64,000 nucleotides of DNA from Candidatus Latescibacterota bacterium (GCA_020852055.1 JADZBP010000098.1:1262-65261), one strand, 5' to 3'. Counted from the first letter of the stretch, positions 1 through 13,465 are shown. Program-made: numbers and translations. The notes: generated by a model from the sequence alone, not told the origin.

Positions 1-102
1 TTGGAGGGGAGAGGGGGGTGCTGCAAGCGGGCTGCTCGCTGGAGAACAGGGTGCTCGCCAGTGAGCAGCCCGCTCACCGGCGAGCAGGGTTCAGGGTGCG
101 GC

Positions 103-1588
<1,486 letters not shown>

Positions 1589-1596
<8 letters not shown>

Positions 1597-4500
1597 GGGG
1601 GATACTCTCCAGGATACGCATCATCTTCTCGAGGTCGTAGCGCTGGACCAGGTCGCGCAACACGGCGGCCAACTGCTGGCCCTCCGGTCCGAGGGCTTCC
1701 ACCTGATCCAGGTAAGCTTTGATTTCGGTGACACTGTGCAACTCCACCGCTTCCCTGAGCCGGCCATAGAGCGGGGCGGGCAGGACGGGTTGGGTGGTTC
1801 CGGGCGCGGGGGAATCCGCCTCCCCCGGCGGGGGTCGGGCATGTTCGTACGCCACCCCCAGCACCTGGGCCAGGCAGGCATAGATCCGCTCGGTGCGGAA
1901 GGGTTTGTCGATAAAATCGTCGAAGCCGGCACTCAAATAATAAAGCCGCTCGTGTTCCATCACCGAGGCCGAGACCGCCACCACCGGCAGCAGGGGATGC
2001 TCCTGGCGCAGCCCGTTGAGCACCTCCACCCCGTCCATGCCCGGCATCCGGATATCGGTGAACACCAGGTCGGGGCGTTGGGCCCGCGCCAGCGTCAGCG
2101 CCTGTTCGCCGCCCTCGGCCAGGGCCACCTGCGCGCCGATGCCCGTCAGCAACCGGGCCAGGATGTCGCGGTTGGTGGCCTCGTCGTCGACGATCAACAC
2201 CCGCACCTCCCGGCTTGGGGTCAGGCGCACCACATCCCGATAGTGTTCCTCCGGCAGCAGGTTGCCGACCTGCCCCTGGGCCGGGGGCAACACCAGGGTG
2301 AAGGAGAAACAGGCGCCTTGCCCGGGGGCCGATACCACCGCGATCTGGCCGCCCATAAGTTCCACGTGGCGCCGGGCGATGGCCAGGCCCAGGCCGGTGC
2401 CGCCCTTGTGGGATTCCGGGGTAGCCTGGTGGAAGGGTTCGAAGATCGCCGCCTGTTGCTCGGGCGCAATACCCGGCCCGGTGTCCCGCACCGCAAAGCG
2501 GAAGGTGTGGTCCGCGGCGCGCACCTCCAGGGCCACCGCGCCTGTTTCGGTGAACTTCACCGCGTTCCCCAACAGATTGATCAGCACCTGGCGCAGCTTG
2601 CTCTCGTCGCCGCGCACCCACCAGCCCTCGCCCTCCAGTTCCACCCGCCATTCCAGGCCCTTCTGCTGGCAGCGCAGTTGGAAGAGGGTGGATAGGCCCT
2701 GGGTCAGTTGGCGCAGGTCGAAGTCGGCGGCCCGCACCTCCTCGCGGCCGGCCTCGATCTTGGACAGATCCAGCACCTCGTTGATCAGCCCCAGCAGGTG
2801 GTCGCCGCTGGTGTGAATGGTCTCCACGGCCCGCCGCTGATCCGACGAGAGGGTGGGCTGGTCGCGCAGGATCTGGGCATAGCCGAGGATGGCGTTCATC
2901 GGGGTGCGGATCTCGTGCGACATATTGGCCAGGAAGACGCTTTTGGCCCGGTTGGCCGCCTCGGCGGCCTCGCGGCCGCGGCGCTCCTCGTCGAGCAGTT
3001 GCTCGCGCAGCAACTGGGCCTCGCGGCGCTGTTGGTAGTAGCGGCTGCTGGAAAAAGCCGCCACCAGCACCAGGCCGCCCAGCAATCCGCCCAGCGGGAA
3101 GGCGATCCACGGGTTGAGGTACCAGGGGGGGATCACCTGCAGCGAGAGGGTGGCCGGCTCCGAGTAGTTGAGATCCTGGTCGATGGCCTGCACCTCAAAG
3201 GTGTAGGTGCCCGGCTCTTCGGGAATCCATTCCATCTGGTTGCTGGTGGAGGCCGGCCCCCAGGTCTCTCCCAGCTCGCGTATGCGGTAGCGGTACTGGC
3301 GTTTGGCCGCCGGGGTCTTGAAGTCGATGGCGCGGAAGTAGAGGGTGGCCCGCGCCCCGGTGTTCAGGGCCGGCACCTGCTCCAGGGTGGTGTGCAGCTG
3401 GTCGGCCTGCACCCCGGTGATGCGCACGTGGGGCGGGGTGTGATCGGGCTGGTACCGGGCGATGCCGCGGTCCGTGCCCAGCCACAGGGCCCCGTCGGTG
3501 TCCATGGCCAGGGCCCGGACGTGGTCGCTGGGCAGGCCGTTGCGCACGTCCAGCGAGGTCCAGGTCTGGCCGTCGAAACAGGAGACCCCGCCGCCGCGGG
3601 TGGCGACAAAGAGCCGCCCCCCCCCATCGGCGATGGCCTCGATGCGGCCGTAGGTGAGGCCGTTGTGGGTGGTGAAGGAGGTCCAGACTCCCTGCATCAG
3701 GCGGGTGAGCCCGGCCTGGGTGCCGAACCACAGGGCCCCGTCCGGGGTCTGGTGGATGACGTAGACCTGGTCGGAGACCAGGCCTTCGGCCATGGTGAAG
3801 TGCTGCATGGCGCGGCCATCCCAGCGGAATACCCCCTGCCGGAGGCTGCCGAACCACATGGCCCCTTCCTGATCCTGGAGCAGGCTGGTGATCTCGTTGT
3901 TGTCCAGGGACTGGAAGGGGCTGAATTGCGCCCCATCCCAGCGGAACACCCCGCTGGCAGTGGCCAGCCAGGCCAGACCCTGGCGGTCGAAGAGCAGGTC
4001 GTTGATCATGTTGGCGCCCTGTTTCCAACTGTCCCCCAGGGAGAACTGGCGCCAGCCTTTCTGCTCCTGCTGCCACAACCCGTAGCCGAGGGAAACGAAG
4101 TGGAAGCGCCCGGCCGGGTCGGTGCGCAGGGCGGGCAGGCCAACGCCGATGAGGGCCTTGTCCACCTCGATCAGCGCGAAGCCGTCGGGGTTGCGGCGCC
4201 AGAGACCGGCGCGGGAGGTGCCCACCCACAGGCCCTGCGCGCTGTCGGCCCGCAGGCTGAGGACGGCATTGGCCGGCAGGCCGTCGGCCTGGTAGTAGGA
4301 GGCCACGGTTTCGGGATGGTAGGCGCAGATGCCCTTGTCTTCGGTGGCGAACCACAGGGTGCCATCGCTGGTCTGGAAGGCGCAGCGCAGTTCGTCGGCG
4401 CTCAGGCCGTCACTCACCGTGAAGTTGACGAAGCGGCGGCCGTCCCAGCGCGACAGGCCGCGGCGGGTGGCGAACCACAGGTTGCCGGCCCGGTCCTGGT

Positions 4501-6445
4501 GGATGCCCCGGACCCGCTCGTGGATCAGGCCCTGCTGGGTGGTGAGCTGGGCGAAGCGCTGGCCGTCGTAGAAGTAGAGCCCCTTTTCGCTGCCGAACCA
4601 CAACCTGCCCTCGCGGTCCCGGAACACGGTGTTGACGTAGGCCGAGCTCATGCCCTGCTGGTCGGTGAAGGTGGTGAAGCTCTGGCCGTCCCAGCGGGAG
4701 ACACCGCTTTCGGTGCCGACCCAGAGGCGATGCTGGCGGTCCTCTGCCAGCGAGGTGACCCGGTCGGAGGCCAGCCCCTGCTGCCCGGTGAAGGTGGTGA
4801 AATTCTGGCCATCCCAGCGGGAGACGCCGGCCTCGGTGCCGAACCAGAGGGTGCCCTGGTGGTCTTCCAGCAGGGAGGTGACCCGGTCGGAGGCCAGGCC
4901 CTGGGCGGTGGTGAAGGTGGTGAAGTTTTTGCCGTCCCAGCGGGAGACACCGGCTTCGGTGCCGAACCAGAGGTTGCCCTGGTGGTCCTCTAGCAGGGAG
5001 GTGACCCGGTTGGAGGCCAGGCCCTGGGCAGTGGTGAGACTGGCGAAACGCTCGCCGTCGTAGGACCACACCCCCTGGCCCAGGCTGGCCATCCACAGCA
5101 GGCCATCCCGGGTCTGGCACATGCCTTCGATGCTTTCGGCGATCAGGCCGTCCACCGGGGTGTAGGACCGCCACTGGCCTTTCTTGAAGGGGGGAAGGCG
5201 GAAATCGAGATGTTCCAGGGTCCTGCCAGTCTCGACCAGGTAACGCGCCCCGATGCCATCGGCCCCGGCGCCGCAATAGAGGTCGCGATCCGGGGTCTGG
5301 ACGCGCACCCGATACCATCCGGGCCGCAGGTTGGCAAAGTAGTACCTGCCCTGCTCCCCGCTGAGCACCGAGGCGATTACCTTGCCCTCCGGGGTGAGGG
5401 CCTGGACCACCACCCCCATCAGCGGGGTGTCGTCGAGGGCACGCACCGACCCGGCGATACGGATGGCCTGCTGCAGCACCAGGTCCTGCCGGCGGCGTTC
5501 GCCCTCGGCCAACTGCACCCCCATCTGCCAGACCCCCTGGGTGCCCAGGGTGGCGCTCAGGTCGTAGCGGCCGGGGGTGAAGAGGGCGATCTGGTAGGCC
5601 CCGTTCCCGCCCGAGGTGGCGGCCAGTGGGGGGCCCGCACCTCTGGCCGGTTCGAGCAGCACCGTCACAAAGCGCACCGGGGCGCCGGTCTCGTCGTGCA
5701 ACAGGCCCTGTAGCAGGGCCGGCCGCGGCGCCGGGGCCGCTCCCGGAAAGGGCGCCGCCAGGCAGCGGGCGCCGCCCATCAGTTGCCCGTGGTGGGCGCT
5801 GGGGGATCGGTCGCGGGCGTCGCCTTCGTCGAAGTTCCACCACCCCACCAGACCAGGTTCGCCCCCGTCGAGAGGGCGATACATGCCGGCGCGGATCTGC
5901 TCCTGGGTGCGGACCTGGCTCCACACGCGCACCTCGTCGAGCTGGCCGTGGAAATCGGCGTTCTCCTTCCAGGTGGACCGGCCCAGGAAGTTGTCGCCGT
6001 TGCTGCCGATGGCGGCAAAGCTGCCCTCGTAGTCATTCCAGGCCACCAGTTCGCCATTCAGGTAGAGTTTCATGCCGCCCGGCCCGGAGACGGCGGCCAG
6101 ATGACACCACTGGCCCAGGGGCAGGTCGGTGGTGACGCCGACGATATGGGCCTGATGCGCCTGGTCGTAGAGGAAGAACTGGAGGATGGGTTCGCTGCCG
6201 AAGTGATTGAGCCCCAGCGCCCGCCATTCCTGGTTCGAACCGAAGGCGATCCACTGCGAGAAGAGCCCCCAGTCTTCCCACTTGACCCAGGCCTCCACCG
6301 TGGCGGCCTCCAGGTTGGTGAAGAGGTTGGCGGGCAGTTGCACATAGTCGCCCTGGCGGCCCAACTCCAGCACCCGGTTTTCGGCCGGAGCCGGTGAGCA
6401 GACCAGCAGGGAGGCGCAGAGGGCGAGCAGGAGCAGGATCGGCAT
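1589..6445 (-). CDS. giant hybrid sensor histidine kinase (signal peptide, LamG-like lectin domain, CarboxypepD_reg-like sandwiches, two-component-regulator beta-propeller repeats/Y_Y_Y, TM, HisKA, HATPase, REC)
   Basis: The 1726-aa ORF is trimmed to Met109 (cat at 6443-6445), giving a signal-peptide-like N-terminus MPILLLLALCASLLVCSPAPA. Many blades match LWFGT..G..RWDG. There is one TM helix (WIAFPLGGLLGGLVLVAAF), an H-box (MSHEIRTPMNAILGY), a G-box (GGTGLGLAIARRHVELMGG) and a C-terminal receiver (VLIVDDEATNRDIL...DIRMPGMDG). Confidence 0.9.
4640..5040 (-). repeat. three tandem, near-identical 123-bp (41-aa) propeller-blade repeats inside the kinase gene
   Basis: The string ggtgaaggtggtgaa recurs at 4664, 4787 and 4910, exactly 123 bp apart. 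The protein copies are TTAQGLAS[ND]RVTSLLEDHQG[NT]LWFGTEAGVSRWDG[KQ]NFTTF. Confidence 0.85.
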
Positions 6446-6765
6446 CGGGCGGGTAAGGGCAAAGGAGCGGTGTGAGGCAGGAAGATAGCGCGGTATACCC
6501 ACCACTACAACTATGGTAGGGCGATCCGCGGCAGCAGGGAAATCAGCACCAGACGCAAAGGCTGTACCAACAGGGCGGGAACCGGCAGGGATTGAGAGAG
6601 GACAGGGGGTTAGCTGATTGGGGGAATCCGACGTAGAGGGAGGGCTGCCGGTTATCTGCTCGCCGGCGAGCGGGGAGTGCTCGTTGGCGAGCAGGCAGAA
6701 GGGCCAGATGTCCGGAGGGGGAGCCAGGTGTGGTGATCCGGGGGAACTCGCACTGGTCTCGCGCC

Positions 6766-8295
6766 TCAACTCCGGCGGTCGAGGGAACGGTACTGGATGG
6801 CCTCGGCCAGGTGCTGGGCCTGGATATCATCCACCCCTTCGAGGTCGGCGATGGTGCGGGCCACCTTGAGGATGCGGTCGTGGGCGCGGGCCGAGAGCCC
6901 GAGGCGGTTGCTGGCGGCGCGCAGCAATTCCTCGCCTTTGCCGGTCAGGGTGCAGCAGGCGCGCAACTGGCGGGGGCGCAGTTGGGCGTTGCAGCAGAAG
7001 CCGGGTTGCTGGGCAAAGCGGGCGCGCTGGCGCTGGCGGGCCGCCTCGACCCGCTGGCGGATCTGGGCCGAGGGTTCGCCGTTCTGCCTGGAGGAGACCT
7101 CGCGATAGGAGAGGGCCGGCACCTCCACGTGCAGGTCCAACCGGTCGAGCAGGGGCCCGGAGAGGCGGGCGCGGTAGCGGTGGATGAGGGCGGGGGAGCA
7201 GGTGCAAGGGTGGCGGCTGTCGCCCAGGAAACCGCAGGGGCAGGGGTTCATGGCGGCCACCAGCATGAAGCGGGCCGGGTAGGTGAGGGAGAAGGCGGCG
7301 CGGGCGATGGTGACCGTGTGGTCTTCGAGGGGCTGGCGCAGGGCTTCGAGTACTGGCCGCTTGAAATCGGGCAACTCGTCGAGGAAGAGCACCCCGTGGT
7401 GGGCCAGGGAGATCTCGCCGGGCCGGGGGTCGGCCCCGCCGCCGATCAGGCCGGCATCCGAGATCGTATGATGCGGGGCGCGGAAGGGGCGGGTGGTGAC
7501 CAGGGGCTGGTCGGCGGGCAAGAGGCCGGCGGCCGAATAGATCTGGGTGGCGTTGAGGGCTTCCTCCGGGGAGAGGGCCGGCAGGATGGAGGGCAGGCGG
7601 CGGGCTAGCAGGGTCTTGCCCGAACCGGGTGGGCCACTGAGCAACAGGCTGTGGCCCCCGGCGGCGGCTACCTCCAGGGCGCGTTTGGCATGTGCCTGGC
7701 CGCAGACCTCGGCCAGGTCGGCTTCGTGCTGGGCGCCCTGGTCGAGGAGGGCTTCCAGGTTGGCGGTGAAGGGTGGCTGCCGGCAGTCGCCTTCGAGGAT
7801 ATCGACGGCCTGGGCCAGGGTGGTCACCCCGTAGATCAGGGGGCCGGCGGCCAGGGCCGCCTCGCCGGCGTTGGCCTGCGGCACGATCAGGCCGTACACG
7901 CGGCGGGTGTGTAAGCCCAGCGCGGCAGAGAGCACCCCGTGCACCGGGCGCAGGGCCCCGTCGAGGGAGAGTTCACCCACCAGGGCGAAGTCGGCCAGGC
8001 GCGAGGCGCGGATCTGCCCCGAGGCAACGAGGATACCCACGGCGATGGGCAGGTCGAAGGCCGAGCCTTCCTTGCGGATATCGGCGGGAGCCAGGTTGAC
8101 GGTGACGCGGCGGCGGGGCCACTCGTACCCGGCGTTGCGCAGGGCGGCCATCACCCGTTCCTTGCTCTCGCGCACCGCGCTGTCGGGCAGCCCGACCACG
8201 GTGAAGGAGGGCAATTGCCGGTCGGTATCCACCTCCACATGCACCAGGTACGCGTCGATTCCCAGGGTCGCGGCGCTGAGCACTACTGCGGGCAT
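6766..8295 (-). CDS. comM: YifB/ComM family Mg-chelatase-like AAA+ ATPase
   Basis: 509 aa. The N-terminus is typical of the family ([23 protein letters not shown]...[18 protein letters not shown]). Walker A is GPPGSGKT, with CPCG and a C-terminal Mg-chelatase domain ([17 protein letters not shown]). Confidence 0.92.
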   Translation of the reverse strand: MPAVVLSAATLGIDAYLVHVEVDTDRQLPSFTVVGLPDSAVRESKERVMAALRNAGYEWPRRRVTVNLAPADIRKEGSAFDLPIAVGILVASGQIRASRLADFALVGELSLDGALRPVHGVLSAALGLHTRRVYGLIVPQANAGEAALAAGPLIYGVTTLAQAVDILEGDCRQPPFTANLEALLDQGAQHEADLAEVCGQAHAKRALEVAAAGGHSLLLSGPPGSGKTLLARRLPSILPALSPEEALNATQIYSAAGLLPADQPLVTTRPFRAPHHTISDAGLIGGGADPRPGEISLAHHGVLFLDELPDFKRPVLEALRQPLEDHTVTIARAAFSLTYPARFMLVAAMNPCPCGFLGDSRHPCTCSPALIHRYRARLSGPLLDRLDLHVEVPALSYREVSSRQNGEPSAQIRQRVEAARQRQRARFAQQPGFCCNAQLRPRQLRACCTLTGKGEELLRAASNRLGLSARAHDRILKVARTIADLEGVDDIQAQHLAEAIQYRSLDRRS

Positions 8296-8510
8296 AGCAA
8301 GCCTTCATCGGTCAGGGTTGCTGGGGCACACGCAAGAGTGATGCCAGTTGTCTTTCTCTGGAAACCCGGCCCGTCAAAGAAGTGCATGTTACCATCAGCC
8401 TACATGACCGTGAATCCAATGCCCCACCCTTCTGCTTGACAGCCATCGGCGAATGTGTCTTTGTTGCAGGTACCGCGCATTTTCTCCACCCCATTCCCCC
8501 GGAAAACACC

Positions 8511-9689
8511 ATGGCGACCATCAAACGCGTCGAGATCACCGAGTTCTCCTTCGAGGTGCACAATATCGGGCTGGAGCAGGCGGCGGCCGGGGTGGGCAAT
8601 ATGGCCTATGTCAAAGGCGGCACCTTTGGCGCCCGCCGCTTTGCCGTGCGTATCCACAGCGACGACGGGGCCAGCGGTGAATACGTCACCCACTGGGTGG
8701 GCACCCCCGCCTCGCTGGCCCAGGTCACCATGCTCGCCCCCCTGCTGGTGGGCCGCAACCCCGACCACCGCGAGCAGATCTACGACGACCTCAAACGCGA
8801 GTTGCGCGCCTACGACCACATGGGGCATGGCCCGCTCGACATCGCCCTGTGGGATCTGGCGGGCAAGCGGCACGGGGCTTCGGTGACCGCGCTGCTGGGC
8901 GGTTTCCGCCAGCGCCTGCCGGCCTACGCCAGCACCTACCACGGCCAGCAGAGCAAGGGCGGTCTCGATTCCCCCGAGGCCTTTGCCGACTTCGCCTTTG
9001 CCTGCCGCGAGGCGGGTTTTGCCGGCTTCAAGATCCACGGCTGGAACGACGGCAATATCGAGCGGGAGGTGAAGAACGTGCTGGGGGTGCGCAAGCGGGT
9101 GGGCGACGCCTGGAAGCTGATGGTCGATCCGGCCTGCCAGCTGCGCACCTGGAACGACGCGCTGCTCCTGGGCCGGGCCTGTGACGAGGCGGGTTATTTC
9201 TGGTACGAGGACCCTTACCGCGACGCGGCGGTTTCGGCGATCGGGCACCAGCGGCTGCGCGAGAAGCTGGCCACCCCGCTGCTGATCAGCGAACACGTGC
9301 GCGGCCTGGAGCAGAAAGCCAGCTTCCTGCTCCAGGGGGGATGCGACATGATCCACGCCGACCCGGAGTACGACATGGGCATCACCGGGGTGATGAAGAT
9401 CGCCCACTTCTGCGAGGCCCTGGGCCTGGACCTGCAGCTACACGCCTGCGGGCCGGCCCACCGCGCCTGTATGTCGGCCATCCGCAACACTCACCTCTAC
9501 GAGCTGGCGCTGATGGGCCCGGACATGCCCAATATCGTGCCGCCGGTCTACACCTGCGGTTATTCCGACCAGCCCGGCGATCTGGGCGAGGACGGCTGCG
9601 TGCCGGTGCCGCAGGGGCCGGGTCTGGGCGTCAGCTACGACTGGGACTTCATCGCCGCGCACCAGACCAGCCAGCGGGTCTTTGGCTGA
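8511..9689 (+). CDS. enolase-superfamily enzyme (mandelate racemase / muconate lactonizing enzyme family; probable acid-sugar dehydratase)
   Basis: The ORF is trimmed to the ATG at 8511 (MATIKRVEITEF). MR/MLE hallmarks are DIALWDLAGKRHG, FKIHGW, KLMVDPAC and YEDP. Confidence 0.85.
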   Translation: MATIKRVEITEFSFEVHNIGLEQAAAGVGNMAYVKGGTFGARRFAVRIHSDDGASGEYVTHWVGTPASLAQVTMLAPLLVGRNPDHREQIYDDLKRELRAYDHMGHGPLDIALWDLAGKRHGASVTALLGGFRQRLPAYASTYHGQQSKGGLDSPEAFADFAFACREAGFAGFKIHGWNDGNIEREVKNVLGVRKRVGDAWKLMVDPACQLRTWNDALLLGRACDEAGYFWYEDPYRDAAVSAIGHQRLREKLATPLLISEHVRGLEQKASFLLQGGCDMIHADPEYDMGITGVMKIAHFCEALGLDLQLHACGPAHRACMSAIRNTHLYELALMGPDMPNIVPPVYTCGYSDQPGDLGEDGCVPVPQGPGLGVSYDWDFIAAHQTSQRVFG

Positions 9690-9691
9690 AA

Positions 9692-11539
9692 CTATTTCGC
9701 CCGGCCGCTGCGCAGGGGATTGGCGGGTGAGTAGGGTGCGGAGGGGGCGTGGCGCACCTTGAGCCAGGAGATGTAGGGTGAGCCGCCCTCGCCGGCGCTG
9801 GCAAAGTCGCAGAGCCGCAGCTTGCGGCCGTCGGCGGTGGGGTATTCGGCCAGCACCATGGTCGGCAGTTCGGGCTTGCCGGCCAGCAGCCGGCCCTTCA
9901 GGCCGCGGGCGTCGAGTTCGGGCAGGTCCTCCGGGTCCATCTCGTTGAGTCGGCGGTCGTAGGTGAGCAGAATGGGGCCGCGGTACACCGAGGTGTGGCC
10001 GGTGCACTCCTGCTCGCCGGCCCAGTAGTGCAGCGACATATCCAGGTCCAACTCGATTTTATCCCCCCGCTTCCATTTGCGGTCCAGTTTGAGGTAGGCC
10101 CCCGCTTGCACCCCGCCCAGGGCCTCGCCGTTGAGCCGGACCTTGGTCTTGGCCGACCAATAGGGGATACGCAGGTGCAGGGCGAACTGAGCGGCTTTGT
10201 CCGGGGTGACGCGCAACGCGATCTGCCCGCTGCGCGGGTACTCGGTCTCCTGGGTCAGGCGCAGGGCCCCGCCCGGCAGTTTGGCCTCCAGGGTCGAGGG
10301 CCCGTACCAGTTGAGGAAGAGCCCCTCCTCCCCCTGCATCAGGGCCCATTCGCCGATCAGCCCCAGGCCGCGCGGGCCGTTGACGCTGCAGCAGTTCAGC
10401 TCGGGGCTGCCCTCGCGGGCCTGGAAGACGATGTCGTGGGCGCTGGCCTTGCGCACCCCGTCCATGGGGGTGTTGTAGGTGACCCAGCGGCCGGTGTGGG
10501 AGTGCAGACCGACGATGGAGTTGAGGGTGGACAGTTCCAGCTCGTCGGCCACCACCGGGTTGCCGGTGAGGCGCAGCATCTCGACACTCATCGCCGCCCA
10601 GGCGATGGTGCAACAGGTCTCGATGGCACCCGGATGGTAGGGATTGCCCTGGGCCTGCTCGCCCGAGGAGAAACCGCCGTTGTTGTGGCGGTCCAGCTTG
10701 GCGATGCTCCACCAGTGCTGCTCAAAGGCCTGCCGGCAATCCTCCCGGCCGGTGAGCCAGTACAGCTCGGCCAGGCCCATGATGGGGTGCAGGCTTTCCC
10801 AGCGCGGTTTGGGGGTCTGGAAGAACTCGCGGCCCGCCAGGGCGCTGTGCAGGTAGTCCCCGGCCAGAAAGCTGCCGTCGGGGGCGAGGGCGGCGAATTC
10901 GTCCAGAATCTGCAGGGCCATATCGAGATGTTGCTGGCTATGCGTGTGGCGGTAGAGCAGACACAGGGAGTGGATCAGGGCCAGGTTCATCTCGGTGCTG
11001 CCGGTGTCCACCAGGCGCGGGGTCTTGGCGCCCAGGAACTTGTCGCAGACCAGGTCACCCATGCGCCGGGCGCCGGCCAGGGCCTTGCGATCCCCGCTGT
11101 CTTCGTGCCACAGGAGCAAGCCCAGCATGACGTGGTAGTGGCCCCAGGCATCCCAGGTGAGGCCCTCCTGGCCCATGACGTTGGGAGCGGTCCCGGTCAG
11201 CCGGCTGGTTTTGGGCCAGGGGCCCAGGTACCCGTCGGTATCCTGCAGCGGGATCAGGCGCTGCACAAAGGTGGCGATGGCCTCGCGCAGGGCGGGGTCC
11301 CCGGTCAGGCGCAGGATCTGCACGGCGCTGGTCAGGTACTTGCCGGCAAACTCCCCGGCCCAGGGCACCAGGTTGCGCTGCGGCAGGCGGTCACGGTCGC
11401 GAAAGATCTCGAGCATGGCTGGGTTGGCGTGCGGCGCCGGCCGGAGCCACTGCTCGGTGACGCCCTGCAGGTAGCAGGCCAGGTGGCCGCCAAAGGTGTA
11501 ACTGGTCTGGGGGATGCGCTGGTGGCGGGGGGCGGGCAT
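9692..11539 (-). CDS. DUF1680 / GH127-like glycoside hydrolase (beta-L-arabinofuranosidase family)
   Basis: The ORF is trimmed to MPAPRHQRIP (cat at 11537-11539). It has (alpha/alpha)6-barrel-type sequence with a Cys-rich IETCCTIAW motif and a later NCCSVNGPRG, as in GH127 Zn/Cys sites. It converges on the enolase gene with a 2-nt gap. Confidence 0.6.
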   Translation of the reverse strand: MPAPRHQRIPQTSYTFGGHLACYLQGVTEQWLRPAPHANPAMLEIFRDRDRLPQRNLVPWAGEFAGKYLTSAVQILRLTGDPALREAIATFVQRLIPLQDTDGYLGPWPKTSRLTGTAPNVMGQEGLTWDAWGHYHVMLGLLLWHEDSGDRKALAGARRMGDLVCDKFLGAKTPRLVDTGSTEMNLALIHSLCLLYRHTHSQQHLDMALQILDEFAALAPDGSFLAGDYLHSALAGREFFQTPKPRWESLHPIMGLAELYWLTGREDCRQAFEQHWWSIAKLDRHNNGGFSSGEQAQGNPYHPGAIETCCTIAWAAMSVEMLRLTGNPVVADELELSTLNSIVGLHSHTGRWVTYNTPMDGVRKASAHDIVFQAREGSPELNCCSVNGPRGLGLIGEWALMQGEEGLFLNWYGPSTLEAKLPGGALRLTQETEYPRSGQIALRVTPDKAAQFALHLRIPYWSAKTKVRLNGEALGGVQAGAYLKLDRKWKRGDKIELDLDMSLHYWAGEQECTGHTSVYRGPILLTYDRRLNEMDPEDLPELDARGLKGRLLAGKPELPTMVLAEYPTADGRKLRLCDFASAGEGGSPYISWLKVRHAPSAPYSPANPLRSGRAK

Positions 11540-11709
11540 GGGGTTCCTCCGGGCGAAAAGGGGCGGGTCTCCGCGATCTTTGGGGGAATATATAGCGCAA
11601 GAATCCACCCTGGAGCAAGCACCCGGTCCGAGGCTTGTAAAAATCAAGGCATCGCCTTATTTTTTAATAATCTAGTGTTTTATAGGATCAAAGGTGGGGA
11701 GGCGTCCAT

Positions 11710-12357
11710 TTGTCAGACAGTGTCCTGACCCTGATTGCCGAATCCGGGCCCGTCGGCAAAGGGGTGATGTTGTTGCTCCTGGGCTTTTCAGTGGCCTCGT
11801 GGGCGATCATGGGGCAGAAATACGCCGATTTCAAGCGGATCGGGGAGGAATCGGCGGCCTTTTTGAAGCTGTTCCACTCCGGGGCCGCCGCCGCCGAACT
11901 CTACCGGCAGGCCAAGACCATGAAGGGCACGCCGGTCTGCGGCCTGTTCATCGCCAGTTACGACCTGATGTACCGGGGAAGAGGCTGGGGGGGAACGCGC
12001 GAGGATCTCTGGAAAGCCGTGGGTGGGGTGGCCGGTGACCTCTTGGGGCAGACCGAAAAGAACCTCGCCTTCCTGGCAACGGTGGGCAATGTGAGCCCCT
12101 TTGTCGGTCTCTTCGGCACCGTGTGGGGCATCATGGACTCCTTCCGCAGCATTGGCCTGCAGCGCTCGGCCAACCTGGCGGTGGTGGCCCCCGGTATCGC
12201 CGAGGCCCTGATCGCCACGGCCGCCGGCCTGGTGGCCGCCATCCCGGCGGTGATCGCTTACAACCATTTCCTGGGCCGCGTCGAGGCCACCCGGCGGGAG
12301 ATGGAGCGTTTTGCCGGTGAGATGATGGGTATGCTCCAGGGTGAGAGCCGGACATGA
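11710..12357 (+). CDS. tolQ: MotA/TolQ/ExbB proton-channel protein (TolQ)
   Basis: 215 aa with a TTG start preceded by GGGGAGG. It has three TM helices and the motif [11 protein letters not shown]...[15 protein letters not shown]. It is the first gene of a tol-pal cluster. Confidence 0.9.
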   Translation: MSDSVLTLIAESGPVGKGVMLLLLGFSVASWAIMGQKYADFKRIGEESAAFLKLFHSGAAAAELYRQAKTMKGTPVCGLFIASYDLMYRGRGWGGTREDLWKAVGGVAGDLLGQTEKNLAFLATVGNVSPFVGLFGTVWGIMDSFRSIGLQRSANLAVVAPGIAEALIATAAGLVAAIPAVIAYNHFLGRVEATRREMERFAGEMMGMLQGESRT

Positions 12358-12782
12358 GTTTCGGCGGAGGGCGCGGGGGCCGGCGGGCCATGTCCGATAT
12401 CAACGTCACCCCGCTGGTGGACGTGATGCTGGTGCTGCTGATCATCTTCATGATCACCGCCCCGGCCCTGCTCCAGCAGGTGGAGGTGAACCTCCCCAAA
12501 TCGACGGTGGGCCAGGCCGAAGGCAAAGAGGGATTGACGATTACCGTCAAAACCGCTGACGAGATCTTTATCGATAAAGAAAAGGTGAGCTTCAAGGACT
12601 TCGATGCGAAGTTCGCCGCCGCCCGGGTGCGCCTGGGCGACCGGGGGGTGGTGTTTTTGCAGGGTGACGAGCAGGTGCCCTACGGCCGGGTGATGGAAGT
12701 GGCGGATCGGATCAAGGGGGCCGGCGTGGACCAACTCGGGTTGGTGGTGGAGGGGGTACCGGAAAAAAGCAAAGGGCGGTGA
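12354..12782 (+). CDS. tolR: ExbD/TolR biopolymer transport protein
   Basis: 142 aa with [22 protein letters not shown]. Its start overlaps the tolQ stop by 4 nt. Confidence 0.9.
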   Translation: MSFGGGRGGRRAMSDINVTPLVDVMLVLLIIFMITAPALLQQVEVNLPKSTVGQAEGKEGLTITVKTADEIFIDKEKVSFKDFDAKFAAARVRLGDRGVVFLQGDEQVPYGRVMEVADRIKGAGVDQLGLVVEGVPEKSKGR

Positions 12783-12789
12783 AGCGCGG

Positions 12790-13455
12790 ATGAAAAAATC
12801 GGTGCTGATTTCGCTCATCGGGCATCTGCTGGCCCTGGCCAGTTTTGCCATTGGTTTCAGCCGCACCGGGCCGCCCCCTCCCCTGCCCAGCAAGGCCCGC
12901 ATGGTCAGTCTGGTCAACGCTCCGGGTGAAAAACAGCGCAGCCGCAAGACCAAGGGCGAGGCCAAACCCTCGCAGGCGGCGCCCAAGACCGAGACCGTCA
13001 AGACCAAACAGCGCACCGGCCAGAAGGTGGAGAAGGCTCCCTCCACCGAGGCCATGTCGCCCAAGGGCACCAAGAAACCCGCCAAGACCGCCAAGCAGCA
13101 GCCCAAGGCCGAGGTGCCCAAGGGGAACAGCAGCAAGAATCAGGTCGCCGAGGGGCTGTCGCTGGACAATGTGGATTTTGATGACGAGGCCTATCTAACA
13201 GCCATGGTCGACCTCATCAAAGAAGAGTGGCGCCAGCCGGTGGTGGGCCCCCATTCGGGGGTGTTGAAAACGACTATATTCTTTACTATCCTAAAAGACG
13301 GGTCCATCGACGAGCGGCGGGTCTGGGAGTCCTCCGGGGACAATAGCTTCGACCGCTCGGCGCTCAGCGCCGTCTATAGTGTGCAGTTGCCAGTTTTACC
13401 GGAAGGGTTCAAGGGCGATCAGCTTGGGGTGTATCTGGATTTTACGGAAAACTAG
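12790..13455 (+). CDS. TolA/TonB-like energy-transducer (TM anchor, Lys/Pro-rich linker, TonB_C-type domain)
   Basis: 221 aa. It has an N-terminal TM helix, a KPAKTAKQQPKAEVPK low-complexity linker and a C-terminal TonB/TolA fold (IFFTILKDGSI...SGDNSFDRSALSAV). It sits between tolR and tolB. Confidence 0.8.
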   Translation: MKKSVLISLIGHLLALASFAIGFSRTGPPPPLPSKARMVSLVNAPGEKQRSRKTKGEAKPSQAAPKTETVKTKQRTGQKVEKAPSTEAMSPKGTKKPAKTAKQQPKAEVPKGNSSKNQVAEGLSLDNVDFDDEAYLTAMVDLIKEEWRQPVVGPHSGVLKTTIFFTILKDGSIDERRVWESSGDNSFDRSALSAVYSVQLPVLPEGFKGDQLGVYLDFTEN

Positions 13456-13465
13456 TCGGGTGGCG

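Noticed and set aside
27-73. A 16-bp inverted repeat (gcgggctgctcgctgg / ccagtgagcagcccgc) just downstream of the response-regulator gene.
   Set aside because: It could be a terminator for the kinase-regulator operon, but the minus-strand transcript has no U-tract after it. It also sits at the window edge with unknown context, so I did not call it as a feature.
6446-6765. A sigma54 (-24/-12) promoter upstream of the kinase operon, and the 14-bp perfect palindrome GCTCGCCGGCGAGC at 6658-6671.
   Set aside because: The best candidate (TGGCCCTTCTGCCTGC on the minus strand) has its GC element one position out of register with TGGCAC-N5-TTGC. The palindrome has no flanking U-tract or recognisable operator partner. 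The evidence is insufficient.
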